Of a DNA stretch of 64,000 nucleotides, positions 13,613 through 26,898 are shown one piece after another. A program made the position numbers and the translations under genes. The notes below the pieces were generated by a model. The model made no database searches. It had not been told where the DNA came from and was given only the letters and a program-made list of their open reading frames with translations. Origin of the DNA: Podarcis bocagei (taxonomy: Eukaryota); NCBI GenBank assembly GCA_964188305.1, contig OZ076886.1. One strand, 5' to 3'. Positions within the stretch are counted from its first letter, which is position 1, and the number at the start of each line of letters is the position of its first letter.

Positions 13613-14064
13613 CAAGTATTTGCAGACAAAAGCTCTAACTCCAATGGCAAGTAGCGCACACCCCACTAATCTAAAAATGCGGAAGGAATCAAATTCCTCC
13701 ACCACATTTCCATTTTCCTGGCTTGGCTTCTCACTGATAAGTTGGTTTCTTAGCTTCATCGCTTCATCAAACCTCGAGAGATACTGGTCTAACCCGTGGC
13801 GAGGTGCTCTCTGCGGAACCTCCATCAGATCCCCTCTGCTGCGCTGTCGGAGCTCGCCAGTGCCATCATTTCCAACCTCGGGAGTTATGCTAAACAAGTC
13901 CTTTTTCTCTCCCTTGTGCTCTATTGCACTGCTTGCGTGGTCGGCTGTTCCTGCCAAACTGCAAACAGTGTCACCTAGCACAACCCGTTTGGAAACAGGA
14001 GTGGGAAGAGTGCTTGGTTTATCTTGTTCCAGCTGAAGTTTTGATTCTGAATGGCTGTCATCAT
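13613..14064 (-). CDS. CAMLG: CAMLG exon 2
   Basis: ctttag|...VSKRVVLGD...[16 protein letters not shown]...[21 protein letters not shown]|gtgagt, 452 nt. Confidence 0.97.
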
Positions 14065-17000
14065 CTAAAGAGGAGGTAAAGAAGAAAAGAGTCACTATGC
14101 TAAATATTGTAGGTTACTCTACAAGACCTAGGCTAGTAGTCTTCCATGTTTTCAAACCTGGGACCCACTTTAAACCAAAACATGCATCTGTGGAACATTT
14201 TCTTCTTATTTTTTTTTAACCATATATTTGTACAGCAGTAGGGCTGCTGTTGTGACCATCTGAGATCAGGTCATAAACTGGTAGTGGATCCCTAGAGACT
14301 AAGGTCCTAGGCCATGCAGCTGTGGAACTAAGCACTGTAAGGGAAACAGGGGTCAAACAAGAATGGCATATACTTTTCACATTGAGCCTAATAACACTCC
14401 CCCTTCCTGCCCCAGCTAAATACCTGCTGCTTCTTTCATGTCTTTGCGCATTAAGGAAGTGGCCTGTGCAGTGATACACTGACAGATAGCCAAGGCTTTA
14501 GTTATTTATACTGATTGTTTTATGAGTTTGAAGTACTGGTTGCTTTATGTGTTTTATTGCAGTAACCTGTCCTGGAGAGTCATAGGGCAAAGGGGAAGGG
14601 CATAATTTTATTAAATAAATAAAAATGAAGCATAATACCATTTCAAAAAGATACTAAGAGTTGGTGCCCTTTCCCTTGCAGACCTCAGCCTACAAAACAG
14701 CTCCCTTCAAAAGGACACAGGACAAGTTACTTGCTGGCTTTTGAAAGCAACACAAGGACTAGGTGTTCAGTGGTAATTTTAAAAAGGATTGCACTGCTTG
14801 CGTTTTATTGCTGGTTTAATTTTCATACTATGTGGACAGCAGCAGAATTTTTTTAAAAGTCAGATAGAAGCCAACTTTCACAATCAGAGCTCATGTCTCC
14901 ACCTAATTTGGGGGATCCCCTCTCCCACCTTCATCCCCCTGCACTACAGCCCACTCCAACCAAAAGTATTCCCTAATCCTCAAGAGCAGGTTTTCATGAA
15001 GCTAGAGTGGTTACTTCTACCAACTCCATTCCATGTGCTTTCCTCTGGTTCCATTCCAGTTACAGTAGTTTATCGAGGCCAAATAACCAAATAATAAATT
15101 TTCCACACATATTTTTTTCCTGAGTCAAATAGATTGATTGCAGAGAGACTTTTTGCCAAAGCTCTTTAAATAACTCATTTTGCATATAACAGTGGTTTGG
15201 AGAGAAACAAGTCATACCAAGATGGATTTGTGACTACAAACTGTAGAAGGAAGAACAAAAGTACAAACCAGAAATGCAATCTTTAATCTTTTAAAAGTGT
15301 AAACATTTCATGCCTATTTTTTCCAAGAACTGTGACAGAATAATTAAAAACACCATTCTATAGGCTTTCCAAAACTGCTTTATAGCACATATATGAAAAG
15401 TCACAAAGCCTGCCAAGGAGAAAGCTGACCATAATGGGTTAGTTTGGACAGAACACTAACCCACAGTTTAGCGTTGCGAAAGCAAGTCTATATTTCTCCC
15501 AGGCTCACATGCTTTCACCCAACCTCTCCCAGAGCTTTCAATTTTTTATTAGTCACAGCTTCTCATGTCATCCAAGCTCAGTCAAACTGTGTTAGGATAG
15601 TTAACCATAGTTAAGATTAGCCATAGTTCAGGGTTTGGACAGCAAACTAAAGTGGTTAATCTAAAATGAAGCATCTGTTCCCCTTAGTGTTGACCAGGAA
15701 GAAGAGAAGGAAGGAGGGCATGTTTGTGGGGAGGAAGCAGTGCTAAACCCTCATTTAGCACAGGGGTGGCTGCCCCCCAGGCCAGCTTTGGTTTCCCCTA
15801 AAAAAAGCTCAACTAAAAAAAAAGTGGGTGTTCCTGCAACTCTTTTTCCAGAAAAAAATTACTGGTAATGGTGCTACAATGATAGAAAGCTGTAAACCTG
15901 ATGGGGATGAAAATCACCCTCTCCCTGGACTTCAGACCAATACTTTGATGACCAAGAGTTGAGGGCAAAGTATACACATGCAAGTGTGCATGAGTGAGGG
16001 TATGGGGTGGTCACATCCAGTGCTGACCTGCAGCCTCTAGAGGTTTGGCCAATACTGAATGTGACCCATGGGACAAAAAAGCTTTAGCAACACCTGGTTC
16101 AGGGACTCTTAAGTGCTTCAAGTTGTCATCTTTCTTCAGAGGATTACTAGCACCCTTAAACTAGAAAGAAACGATTTCAATCTCCAATATTTCAAACACA
16201 CTAGAAGGAAGAGAATGACACCAATACATACTGTGGAGTCTCAGCTCTGAAAATATTAAAGAGTACTGTAAGGACACAGAAAGAATCAAAGCACGTAAAC
16301 ACCTGCAAGCTCTAATGATTTCCACAACTCTCTTCCTCCTCTTCTTGACCAAAAAGTACTAAAAGCAGGAGCTACTGTACAGCTTCCCCACCTAAGTGTT
16401 AAGCTACATTCTCTGCTTTTAAATGCAGCCAGAAGCACAGCACATTAATAAAACTATCTACATATTCAATAGGAAATCAAGGAACATGACAAAGATTCAT
16501 TATGCAAGCAGTAGGCAAATCACCATGGTCTCAGTTCCACATTTAAAAATGGCAACACAAGGCAAACAAGTGTTACAAGTTATATTGTGAACTGGAAACA
16601 TTATCTAAATGATAAATAACAGGAAAGAGACCAGTCTGCGTGTTATACCGGTTAGGGTTAAAGGAGTAGAAAGATTCAGATTCCTGTACTCTCAAAGTTC
16701 TCTCACATAAAGCTCTTGCGCAGTCAGACGCAAGCTTATTGCAAGGATACACCCACCCAGGGCTTCTTGGTGGTAATAGCTGTTTTAAACCCATATGTCA
16801 TCCCAAAAAACTAATACATTGAGTGAATAAATAAGCAACAGGTGGGATAAAAACGATTCAGAGAATAGAATTATGAAAAAAATACTGATTTCATTCAGTA
16901 ATAAGTATTGAAATGATTCAGCATGGTTTGTTGGCACTTTCGCGTCAAATATAAGAGCGTTCAGCATTCTCCATTGCAAATGGAAGCACAAATCCTGAAC

Positions 17001-17385
17001 GAAACACACTTTAGTTTATAAATTGTGCATGATCTGTTCTTCCCAAAGGACGTAGAGGCAGGTGTGACCATTTTCAATGCTGAAACAGCCATCCTTGGAT
17101 CGCATGAAAGAACTTGATTTATCTTCAAACAAAGCACCTTTACCTCAAATAAGACGAATGCGATATATCACTCGGGGAGGAGGGGCAGCGTCATTTTGAG
17201 CTATCAGATTAGCTTGTTAATATACGGACTATGTTAACCCATTGTTCGGGAAGGAGAGGAGGACTTGACGAGGAAAGAGGGGCGCGTGTTGAGCTCCCAC
17301 CCCCGACAAGGAAGGAAGGAGGTCGTTCATAAGCGCCCAGCGCAGTCAAAAACCGCCCCCCCCCAAAGCCACGCTCCGTCCTCAC

Positions 17386-17563
17386 CCGCCTTTGGCCGGT
17401 GGAAGCCCATGATCCGGTTGATCCGATCCTCCGAGTTCATCAGCAGTTTCCTCCGGCGAATCTCGGCCCGGCGCTGAGAGGCCGTGAGTCCGGGGGCCGT
17501 GGCCGAAGTCGTCTTAGGCCCCTCATGGCCGCCGCCGTCTCCTTCCAGAGGCTCCGTTTCCAT
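17386..17563 (-). CDS. CAMLG: CAMLG exon 1 (CAML, GET2-like subunit of the tail-anchored protein insertase)
   Basis: METEP...[32 protein letters not shown]|gtgag; the basic motif is characteristic of CAML. Confidence 0.97.
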
Positions 17564-17950
17564 CCCTAGCAGCACCGAGGCGGCGGCGGCAGCGAAAAGC
17601 CCTCGAGCTTCCTCTCCGCAGCAGGCACACAATGGGGAACGGCCAGGCTCCGCTCTGACAACCCTTCGCTAACGCGCATGCGCCGCCGGCGCCGCCATTT
17701 TAGGTACCGCCTCCAACCGGTGGGACGAGCGGCGCCATCTTGGATGCGGGTTGTGGGGACAGGCTTTTACTTGTAACCGCGAGAGCTTACGGCAACCCCC
17801 CTCGACGGGCTCGTAACCTGAGGCTGTTTTCGCTGGAGGATGGCGCCCTTCGCAAAGATGGCGAAAGCAGCCTCGCGAAGAAGTGCTTGCGCATGCGCGC
17901 TGGAGGGACAGGCATTGATAGCGCCGGGGCGGGGATGAGGAGTATGCAAT
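17564..17950. promoter_or_regulatory. CAMLG CpG-island promoter with NRF1 and YY1 motifs
   Basis: GCGCATGCGC at 17674-17683 and 17889-17898; CGCCATTTT 17693, CGCCATCTT 17733, AAGATGGCG 17855. Confidence 0.85.
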
Positions 17951-18919
17951 GACCTCATACAGCAAAGGGTGGGTGGGTGTCACAATCGCTCCACGCTGTA
18001 GCATTTGTCCTAATGCAGGAGATGGTGGCATCTTCAAACCTGACTCTACAAATGTATTTGGGGGAGTGACACAGAAAAATACGACAGTTACTCGAGGAAA
18101 TGTAGTCTGCAAATCCTATGCACTTGGGAGTAAGCACCGGAGGTCCACAATCGGATTTATTTTTGGAGTTAACATTTATTAGCCCAGCCTGATCTCGATT
18201 TATGAACGAACAACTGCCAACATCTATTGTATATCGATTTTTACTTTTGCCTTTCTCATTGAAACACAAATTTTAGTGTTAATTTTTTTCGTTTTTTAAA
18301 CAGCCTTTGTTTTCTTTAAAGAAAAATCATCAGGCACCCATTTTGCTCCTTTAAAACTAATATTCCCTTTTAAGAAATTTTGAGCAACGTGCACCTTGTG
18401 GTCTTTTATGGAAACATATATTAAACAGAGCAGTAAGTACACACACACAAGGTTTTATCTCCCTCTCCTATCATGGGTGTCTAAAAACACCTGGATGTCT
18501 GGGGGACTTCTCCAAGATAAAAGCAGGAAGAGCTGTATTTAGTTAAGGAATCTAAGATTGTTCCAAGGCTCAAAGTGTAAACTGACTCAGCTATGCAATG
18601 CATACAAAGATATTTCACATGCACAAAATTACAAAATATACATTAATCTCTTTACTCTTTCACAACCTTAACAAAATCTGAAGTAGACCCGCCAGAATTT
18701 GGCATGTGAAATCATAAACATGAGCAGTTAAAATATAATAAAGTGTTCCTTGCTATGGAGTGTTAAAAATGACACTGTTAGAATTAAACCATGCTTTCTG
18801 TCATCTTGCTTGAAGTTCCAAACCTAAGAGCTGTTTTGCAAACAGACAAAGTGCTCTGATGGTAAGAGCTATTTGACAGTGGAACAGACTACCTGGGAAG
18901 GTGGTAGACCAAAACCTCA

Positions 18920-19033
18920 AATGTAGTAAGCAGGTTGGATGGCCATCTGTCAGGAATTCTTTAGCAGTGATTCCTGCATTGCAGGGAGCTGGACTCAATG
19001 ACCCTTTGTGTCCCTTCCAACTCTACAATTCTA
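18920..19033 (+). mobile_element. CR1-type 3' end
   Basis: GATTCCTGCATTGCAGGG...GTCCCTTCCAACTCTACAATTCTA; reverse copy at 29122. Confidence 0.7.
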
Positions 19034-19035
19034 TA

Positions 19036-19232
19036 CAGCCATACCTCGGTTTAAGAACAGCCCTGTTTATGAACTATTCAGTTTATGAACTCCGCAAAAC
19101 CAGAAGTAGTGTCCCAGTTTGCGACCTTTACCTCACTCTAAGAACAGTGGAAGGGCCTCATTAGGGAAAGCACGCCTCGGTTTAAGAACGGACTTCTGGA
19201 ACAGATTAAGTGCGTAAACCGAGGTACCACTG
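19036..19232. mobile_element. Tc1/mariner-type MITE (related subfamily)
   Basis: TA|CAGCCATACCTCGGTTT...AAACCGAGGTACCACTG|TA. Confidence 0.8.
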
Positions 19233-20719
19233 TACTAATAAACTTACTACAGCATCAGTCTTCCTAGTACTGTTAAGAGAAATATTTTTCTATGGTTTAT
19301 ATTCTCCCTCCTCAGGCAGAACCATGAATTCCCTCTGCTTACAAAAAGACTAGCACATACACATTTACAGGAACACTTAACTACAACAGTGAAGTCATTT
19401 ACAGACAGTGTCGTCATATGGATAAAAGAAAAAAGTCTAGCAGGTGAGATCATTTGGTCCAGCTAATAACTTAGAAGTTAAAATATTAGTGCCCATTTCA
19501 AAACCCTACTGTTGCAATAAAACATGTCACACTTAGACACCTCTTCTGTGGCTTAAATTTGTTTTGTCACACCTTTGTAATTGCAATATTTTGATTTAGA
19601 GATCACCATATTTTTGTCTGAATATAAAAGGGACTGCACCATTCTTACTGGAATTCTTGAAGGGTGATTTTAGAAGTTCTAAAGCCTTGTCAAGTAATTT
19701 GAGAAAGTGACTGTGTCATTGTGTTAATGTGTTCCAAAGATAACACAAAAAGACATACTCAGGCACCTTCCATTTAATTCCATGTGTTCCCATTCTACTT
19801 TCTTTCCACTGCTCTCTAGATCCTCAAAACCAATTAGGGGTTGTTTTTGTTTGCTGCACTCAGCATCCCCACCAGCAATCTCTGCATAAACACCCAAGTC
19901 TTCTACTCACACTTCTATGGTTACACAAGTAAGGAATGGTGTCGCATCCTGCTATGCTATTATAGACTGGTTGTTTCCTAAATATAGAAATCCTTACAGC
20001 TAGAGGATAATATTCATGAATTGCATTAAACCTATGCTTTTCAATTAAACAAAAGACAGCAGTAGAGTCGTTATACATTAATTATAGGCATCAAATGGGT
20101 GCCAAGGATGTCATGACGTGTCTTTTTGTGGGGGTCATATATACCTGATAGTTTCTGGTTGTTTTTAAAGTTTTGGTGAAATATACCTTGCCATTGTAAA
20201 TGCTCTTTCCTGAGATTTTGTCAGATTCATGCACCCCCAAATCTTATGCATGTTTACATTATATTCTGTGGCTGTAATCCAAATAAGCAAGCAGAGGATT
20301 ACAGCATTAATATTTGTACAACATATGAAGCAATTATGCTTTTACTTGCCAATTTTTTTGTCCTTCATTCCTCCCCTCCTTCTAAGTAAGTGTTGTGCCA
20401 ATGCCCATACCACCCCCTGAACAAACTTTTAGTTTTTCCTGGTTTCTGTGTGTTATATAATGAAGACACTTGCTTTTAAGCTCCTTTTTGTGCACTAATG
20501 ACTCTCTACTTGTAACTTGTGAATAGGGTGGTAGGCAGTATCCTCATGGGAACACTAAGTCCAACAAAGGCATCTGGAGCACTGGATCAGTTTAGATTAT
20601 TGCAACCTAAGGGTGTGGGCAAGCTGCTTAGAGAAGTGTAGCTGACCACAGGTCTCATTGTCCCTTGCTGATTCTGGATTCTTAGAGCTAGCTGCAGGGA
20701 GTTGATTAGGTGGGTTCAA

Positions 20720-21210
20720 GAAGTGATTAATTCTTCAATAGAGAGTGAGGAGTACCATCTGTCATAGATGAGGCAGTGATGCATCTCCTCAAGAAAACCT
20801 ACTTGGACCCAGAAGTGTTAATCTATTGCACAATGGTGAATATTTCCTTTTGGGGCAAGGTGGCCAGGAAGGTGATGGCAGTCCAGCTTCAGGCATACAA
20901 TGGTACCTCGGGTTACAGATGCTTCAGTTTATAGATGCTTCAGGTTAGACTCCACTAACCCAGAAATAGTACCTCAGGTTAAGAACTTTGCTTCAGGATG
21001 AGAACAAATTGTGCAGTGGTGGTGCAGTGGCAGTGGGAGGCCCCATTAGCTAAAGTGGTACCTCAGGTTAAGAACAGTTTCAGGTTAAGAACAGACCTCC
21101 AGAACAAATTAAGTACTTAACCCGAGGTACCACTGTACTTGGTAGGAAACTGATTCCTTTGATCCATTCCAGTCTGGCTTCAAGCCTGGCTATGGCACTA
21201 ACACTGCCAA
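20720..21210 (+). mobile_element. Old degenerate L2 RT fragment interrupted by a MITE
   Basis: Remnants GAGGCAGTG..CTCCTCAAGAAA..TTGGACCCA..GGCAAGGTG and GATCCATTCCAGTCTGGCTTCAAGCCTGGCTATGGCAC (DPFQSGFKPGYG) are collinear with 4270-4480. Confidence 0.75.
20898..21135. mobile_element. Tc1/mariner-type MITE
   Basis: Reverse-oriented copy of 3059-3284; TA target duplication. Confidence 0.9.
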
Positions 21211-21269
21211 GTTTCCTGTGGCGTCCAACTTCTGTTTGTAAAAAGGACTGATGAAGTTCTGTGTGAGCT

Positions 21270-24265
21270 CTTTCAATTAATTTTATTGAGTAGCCAAATT
21301 TGATAAATTAGCACAGCTAAAATAAGCATTTGCATGTGTTACAAATGACTTTATACAGGAATAAAACAGTGAAAATTACAAACTGTAAAAAGGGGAACAA
21401 GTAAAACCTTGCCTCCAATTTCAGAAGAGCATGGTTTACAATTTCACACCGAATATCAATGTCTGAGTTCAGAAAACAAGGATTAATATTACAATATTTT
21501 ACACTACTTTACAAAATCAAATTTACTACGTAAGGATTTAATCTGTAACTGGTGGACAGAAGCTTTATGTCACATTTGATGGTCCCTTCACATTCTGTAT
21601 GATTATATATTCTGTTAAATTAATTTTGAATAAAAATAAACCTCATCATTATTGCAAATTATGAAATTACAGAAATGCAAAGGCTAATTAAAATGGATGG
21701 TTTTGATGCTGACTGAATTTAACATATCCATCAATCATACTAAATTGTTTAAAAATCTTAAAACTAGAAAAATAGAGAACATCTGTTGTGAACTGCCATG
21801 CTAAGATGGAAGCATCAGGGCCATTCTTGCCTAGTTAAGTTGTGACAGATCTTAAAAGAGACAGTTGTAAGTAAAAGTATAGCATAGGCAATTTTACACA
21901 TGGGTCTGCCCTGCAATCCCTATTATTAAAAAAGGAGTACAACTTGAAGCAGATGTAGTTTTGTCCATCATGAGGAAAATTAGAAAATTCAATATTGCAA
22001 AAAAGAGTATGAACATTCTAAAAAGCATTCCTATCCAGACAGTATAATGTGCTCACCATCCTTTTTATTTTTGTTAAAGAGGTGGAGATTAGGGATTTAT
22101 TCTTGAAATCATTTTCTCCCTCAGTTAGGCTAGTTCAGTCAAGGCCTATCATCCTGCCTTACATGAAGTGAAACCACGTTTGAAATATACACACCCCATG
22201 ACACACTCTTCAAACTAAGTATTTTTGTGCACAGGAGATAGCTGGGCATGGTGCTACAATTAAGGGCTCCCACCACCCCAAGGAGTGCAGTCAAGCCTGG
22301 CGACACCAGTTATCTGTTCAAAATATTATGCGTGCAGCACAGGGAGCAGTTATTCACCCAAGGGGTGCTGGATGCATTTGTTATCCATGCACAGTACCTG
22401 TGCCTGAACCAGAAAAATAATCTAAGCACACAATCTATGCACCAATTGTTCTTGGTATATTTTGTACACTTTTGTTTAGAAGAGTCCATGGAACTATGGT
22501 CAAAATAATAATATTCAGGTTTTGATTTCCAGTACTCACAAGCACGCACTGCATTATGATCACATGCTGAAAATGTGCATATCATTCTCGATAGCAACTT
22601 CCATAACTGGATTACCACTTTAAAAAAAGAATGACACCAGCAATAAGGAACTTCTCTTTTGCAGATTTCAACAGGTATTTTAATCCCTTTTGAAGAGGGA
22701 GATTCACCCCCCCACCTGTAACATGAAAGTAAGCAATTCTATAAGCAACTTTTTATAGACCACTCTGACACACTGGATAGATTAGCAGACAATGTTGTTA
22801 GAAGTAGATAAGAGTTGGTATTCCGATTCGAAATGCTGGTTTATAAACACCACAGTTCTTTAGAGAACCTTAGTGGCTTTTTGTGCATGTAATGCTTACC
22901 CATGCCCATCACTGAGGACATTTCAGTTAATCTTCTATAACTGAACAAAAGCAACGGTCTGAAAAAATGGCTGCAAAGTATCATTCCACAAAAGGAACAC
23001 CAAAGAAGAAGTGCAATGGAAATATATTTCCGATCCACTTTTCTTGGGAGAGGAGAAGAGGTGTGAGAGAAAATAGAAATCCAAGACAGCTACAAGTTGA
23101 AGTTCTACCATGGATGAAGGATGATACTAATGCTGGCTGCTTGTGTGGTAATCTACATAAAAACACTAATGCTGTTTGCCATGATTTATTTCACAGTAGT
23201 TTCCTGGGTATGAGTAAAACTAACATTTATTATTCTTGCTTATACTATGCAGAACTTGGGATTCTTGCCTATTAAGTGGGATTTCTGAAATCTTTTTCCA
23301 TTGTAGCCACAAAAATTCTTCCCTGCATTTTTCAATTTTAAATGGCAGCATGTTAGATGCTCATCTGGATTTTAGACAAGTTACTCGACACTGTTTTTAA
23401 CGTGATGATTATGGCTTAGTGTCACCATTAAGCACTCGTATTAAAAATCTTAACTGAATATAAAAATGTGACTTTATATTTAATCAAATGCAACCCATGA
23501 CTTTTGGTTGAACAGTCTGTTCCCCTATTTACTTTCAATTAATGAATTAAGACTTACACACATCATGTTACTATCAAAGACAAGAATCCATGGTCACCAT
23601 TTTTGTAGCCGATTCAGGCCATGTGATTATAATTCTCAATGGACATAGTGCAAGTTCATGGTTCTTTCAGGTACTAGAATACTGGTGCATCTTAAAGCTT
23701 TTTAAATGAATTGTTTCATATTCATTTAAATCCAGCCAGATCCCTTCACGTTTACTCTGCCTTGCTTATCATAATCCATTTTGAAAAGCACTAGAAACTA
23801 AATATTTTGTTCACCACAAATTGTTTCATTGCTTCTTTAAAAATGTATTTTTAAAAAAATTAGTGATACATATTGTATAAATCAAGACAATATAGTTTCC
23901 CTGCAACTCAGTCTTGGGAGGTTTGAAATATAGCAGCAAAACAAAGCAGAAAAACAAAACAAAAAGTTAGAAACATAGTATTTTGAACAAAAAAAAATCT
24001 TGTATAAAGGTTCAGCTCTTCAATATTGCCTTTATAATGCTACTTACAGTGAAACATTCTGCAGCAAATTAAAAAGGCATCCAACATGTTCAAATGGATT
24101 TTAATTGTTTGAAGTACAAGATTTGGTGGTCCTTTATTTGCTTTGTTTTTCCTTTCTTTCTGAAAATCACAGTGAGATTCTCATCAACTGGATCAGGCCA
24201 AAAACTTTATAGGAGCATTACTAGCACAAGTGTTCTGTATGCAGGAACGGTCCTTCGAAAGGGAC
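21270..24265 (-). other. SEC24A: Putative SEC24A 3' UTR (~3 kb)
   Basis: AT-rich stretch after the stop with no recognisable TE; AATAAA on minus strand at 23226-31, 22064-69 and 21282-87; true end not determinable. Confidence 0.5.
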
Positions 24266-24380
24266 TCATTTATTCACTTGCTGCTGAATATGCAAAAGGA
24301 ACTCATAGTACGATAATGCAGATTCTGTTCTGTCTTCTATCATATTTTGCAGGAAACTTGGTTTCCATGGACTTTCATCC
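24266..24380 (-). CDS. SEC24A: SEC24A exon 23 (terminal)
   Basis: (R)DESPWKPSFLQNMIEDRTESALSYYEFLLHIQQQVNK*. Confidence 0.97.
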
Positions 24381-24998
24381 CTTAAAAATAAAAGCAAACA
24401 GAATTTCATGAGCATCAACACTTTTTAATGCTTCATTCCTAGAAAATATTTACAATGTGAATTGTCTGATAAAAGCAAAATCTATTTTGTTAACATGTCG
24501 GGAATCTACAGCATTAAAGATACTCATGCTGTTTGCATGGGCACAAACTCTGATACGTACATGGACCAGAGGAAGCAAATACTTCATTCATGGCAGCACT
24601 TGGGACAGCCCTGTAGCTGTTCTTCCTATTGAAATGGAAGGGAACTACTGGCTTGTGTGGGAATTCCATGCATGCCACAAGACTGGCCATTTCAGGTAAT
24701 TACTTAAGGGTCTGAGCATCCCTCCATTTGTACATTCCTTAACATTCCATATGCCACCAAATATCAGTGTTGCCACCCCTTTTTACTTTCGTTGAATGTG
24801 GTCTCACTCTATCTCTGCCAGAAGCAAGCAGGCAGAGAATGTTCCTCTTTTTAATAGGCGGGGGGCATGCAACAGAGGAAGTTTGTAACTAAGCTGTTCA
24901 CAGAGAGCCAGTTGCTACCTGTCCCAGGTGAGCAGCAAGCTGCACGGCTACCAGGTCTGTATGCTGATGTAGTCTTCTCATATAAAAATGCCACTTAC

Positions 24999-25102
24999 CT
25001 TAAAATATACAATATAGGAAAGAAGGGCCTTTGCTCCCTCAGCCAAGAGATAAAAGCAAGCATTCTAGAAGACTCAGCCGTATCAAGTTCTGGAAGTTGT
25101 GT
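24999..25102 (-). CDS. SEC24A: SEC24A exon 22
   Basis: TQLPELDTAESSRMLAFISWLREQRPFFPILYIL; AG/GT bounded. Confidence 0.95.
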
Positions 25103-26397
25103 CTGTTACAAAAAGAGCTACTGTGAATACCAGTCAAAAATAATATCTAAAGTACTCAGGTTATTTATATTCAGATCTATTCAGGTTGATATTGGCCCCC
25201 AGACACCTTCAAGAATATGCATAACCCCCATTTGTTTGAAGAAGGCAAAAACTGTCCCCACTGCATTTTTTCAGGCACTGCTGCTCAAGTAAACCTGCGT
25301 TGTGCAAAATGCCATTAGCAGTCTGTCAGCAACCCACTATCAATCAACCATGGTGCAAGAGCAGCCCTTCTGAAACTTAAAAGATTTAGTCAGCAGTAGG
25401 ATTCGCTCTCTGCACTGTTCCTTTATCTTCAGCTCCTGGCTAATTTGTAGTGAACAATGTGTATACCTAAACAAAGAGGCATTCAATGGGGTTCACTTGC
25501 ATGTGCAATAGAAATTCGCTTGTGTAACAGGATTCCCACCCCAACGCTCTGGAAGCTCCTCCAACTCTCCAGCGCAAATATTGGGGTGCACGGGACAGGA
25601 GGAGAGGGGAAAGCTGCAGCGCACACCTGCTTGCACTCCACTGGATCCTATCCCAAATGTCTCCTTCAGGACTGGAAGTGGATCCCTCAATCACCTGACA
25701 CCATTGTGACATTATGTGACAACGTCAAAGGGACTTGCCTCTAAAGTCCCTATGCAAGCAAGTTCTGTACCATCCACTTGCAAACAGCCTTAAAAATGAT
25801 GGCAAATCACAGAGTCTGGAGATTCCCTACCCTCAGGCCTACATAGTGGAAAATCTTTGAGGAAACATTTTTGTTCCCCTAAATAAGGAAATACAGGGTG
25901 TATTCAACATTGTGTTAAGCGGATCATTCTATAAGTGTAAGGGTTTCTTCTCATGCAATGGAACCATCTCCCCTTCTCCTCTGCCTGCACAACTCTTAAA
26001 TCTGCTCTGGGGGCTTTCTCAACTCTCTGGAGCCAATCTGGAGGAAAAACATCCCTCTGCACTAATGCAACTATTTCACTGAATGCTGCCCATAAATTCA
26101 GACACTTGTGATGGATATCTAAAGATTAGAACAGGTAAAGTGAGCTGCCTGTAAGCCAATCCTTAAAAATACAATAGTTTGCACAGCAGGAATTTTAATT
26201 GTGTAGCTTAACTTTTTTATGTAGTTCTAAGGAGCCAGAGGTTCTTCTGAATTACAGAGGAATCCTCACTTACGTGGGGGTTCCATTCTGGGATGTGCAG
26301 AAGTCCATTCTGACCCTGTTCTGCCCCCTGCACCCTTTCGGCACTGTGCACCCTTGTGCAGAGTTTTGCGAGTTGGGAGTTGCCTGCACATTCTTAC

Positions 26398-26490
26398 CAT
26401 ATTGTGTGGTATTGATGCATAGTGTTGAACTCCAAGGACACGGCTGATAAAGTTCTGTCCACAATTCTTTCCAACCCACAAAAACATCAC
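26398..26490 (-). CDS. SEC24A: SEC24A exon 21
   Basis: VMFLWVGKNCGQNFISRVLGVQHYASIPHNM (gelsolin-like domain). Confidence 0.95.
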
Positions 26491-26638
26491 CTGTAAAGAC
26501 AGACATGGATAACCAGAAAACATTACTCTGTGCATTTTACTCCTCTCATACACTTTCTGGCAAATGACAGCTATGAAGCTTCAAAGAGAATGAGCCACAT
26601 TTTGCACACAATACGAATATTAGCAGAATGTAACTTAC

Positions 26639-26743
26639 AGAGCCAGCATCCATAAGGTAGGCACCATCTCTATTTATCTTTTCCACAGACAGCTGGAGAA
26701 TGGGAGGCTGAGGTATTGTTTTGTCATTGACGTTGAGGGCTCC
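26639..26743 (-). CDS. SEC24A: SEC24A exon 20
   Basis: GALNVNDKTIPQPPILQLSVEKINRDGAYLMDAGS. Confidence 0.95.
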
Positions 26744-26898
26744 CTAAAGAAATATGCATATAATTGATAAGATATGAAGAGGCTACAGGTCAGATCGTGA
26801 TTAACAATAGGAATAAAGACCTTTATTGTGTAAAAAGGCACAATGTACCGACCCGTATGTTCCAACTGCATTTTACCCTTCAGTATGATTAACCTTAA

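Noticed and set aside
13620-14036. 138-aa plus-strand ORF, and similarly 10953-11162, 24094-24411, 24867-25292
   Set aside because: Antisense shadows overlapping real CAMLG or SEC24A exons
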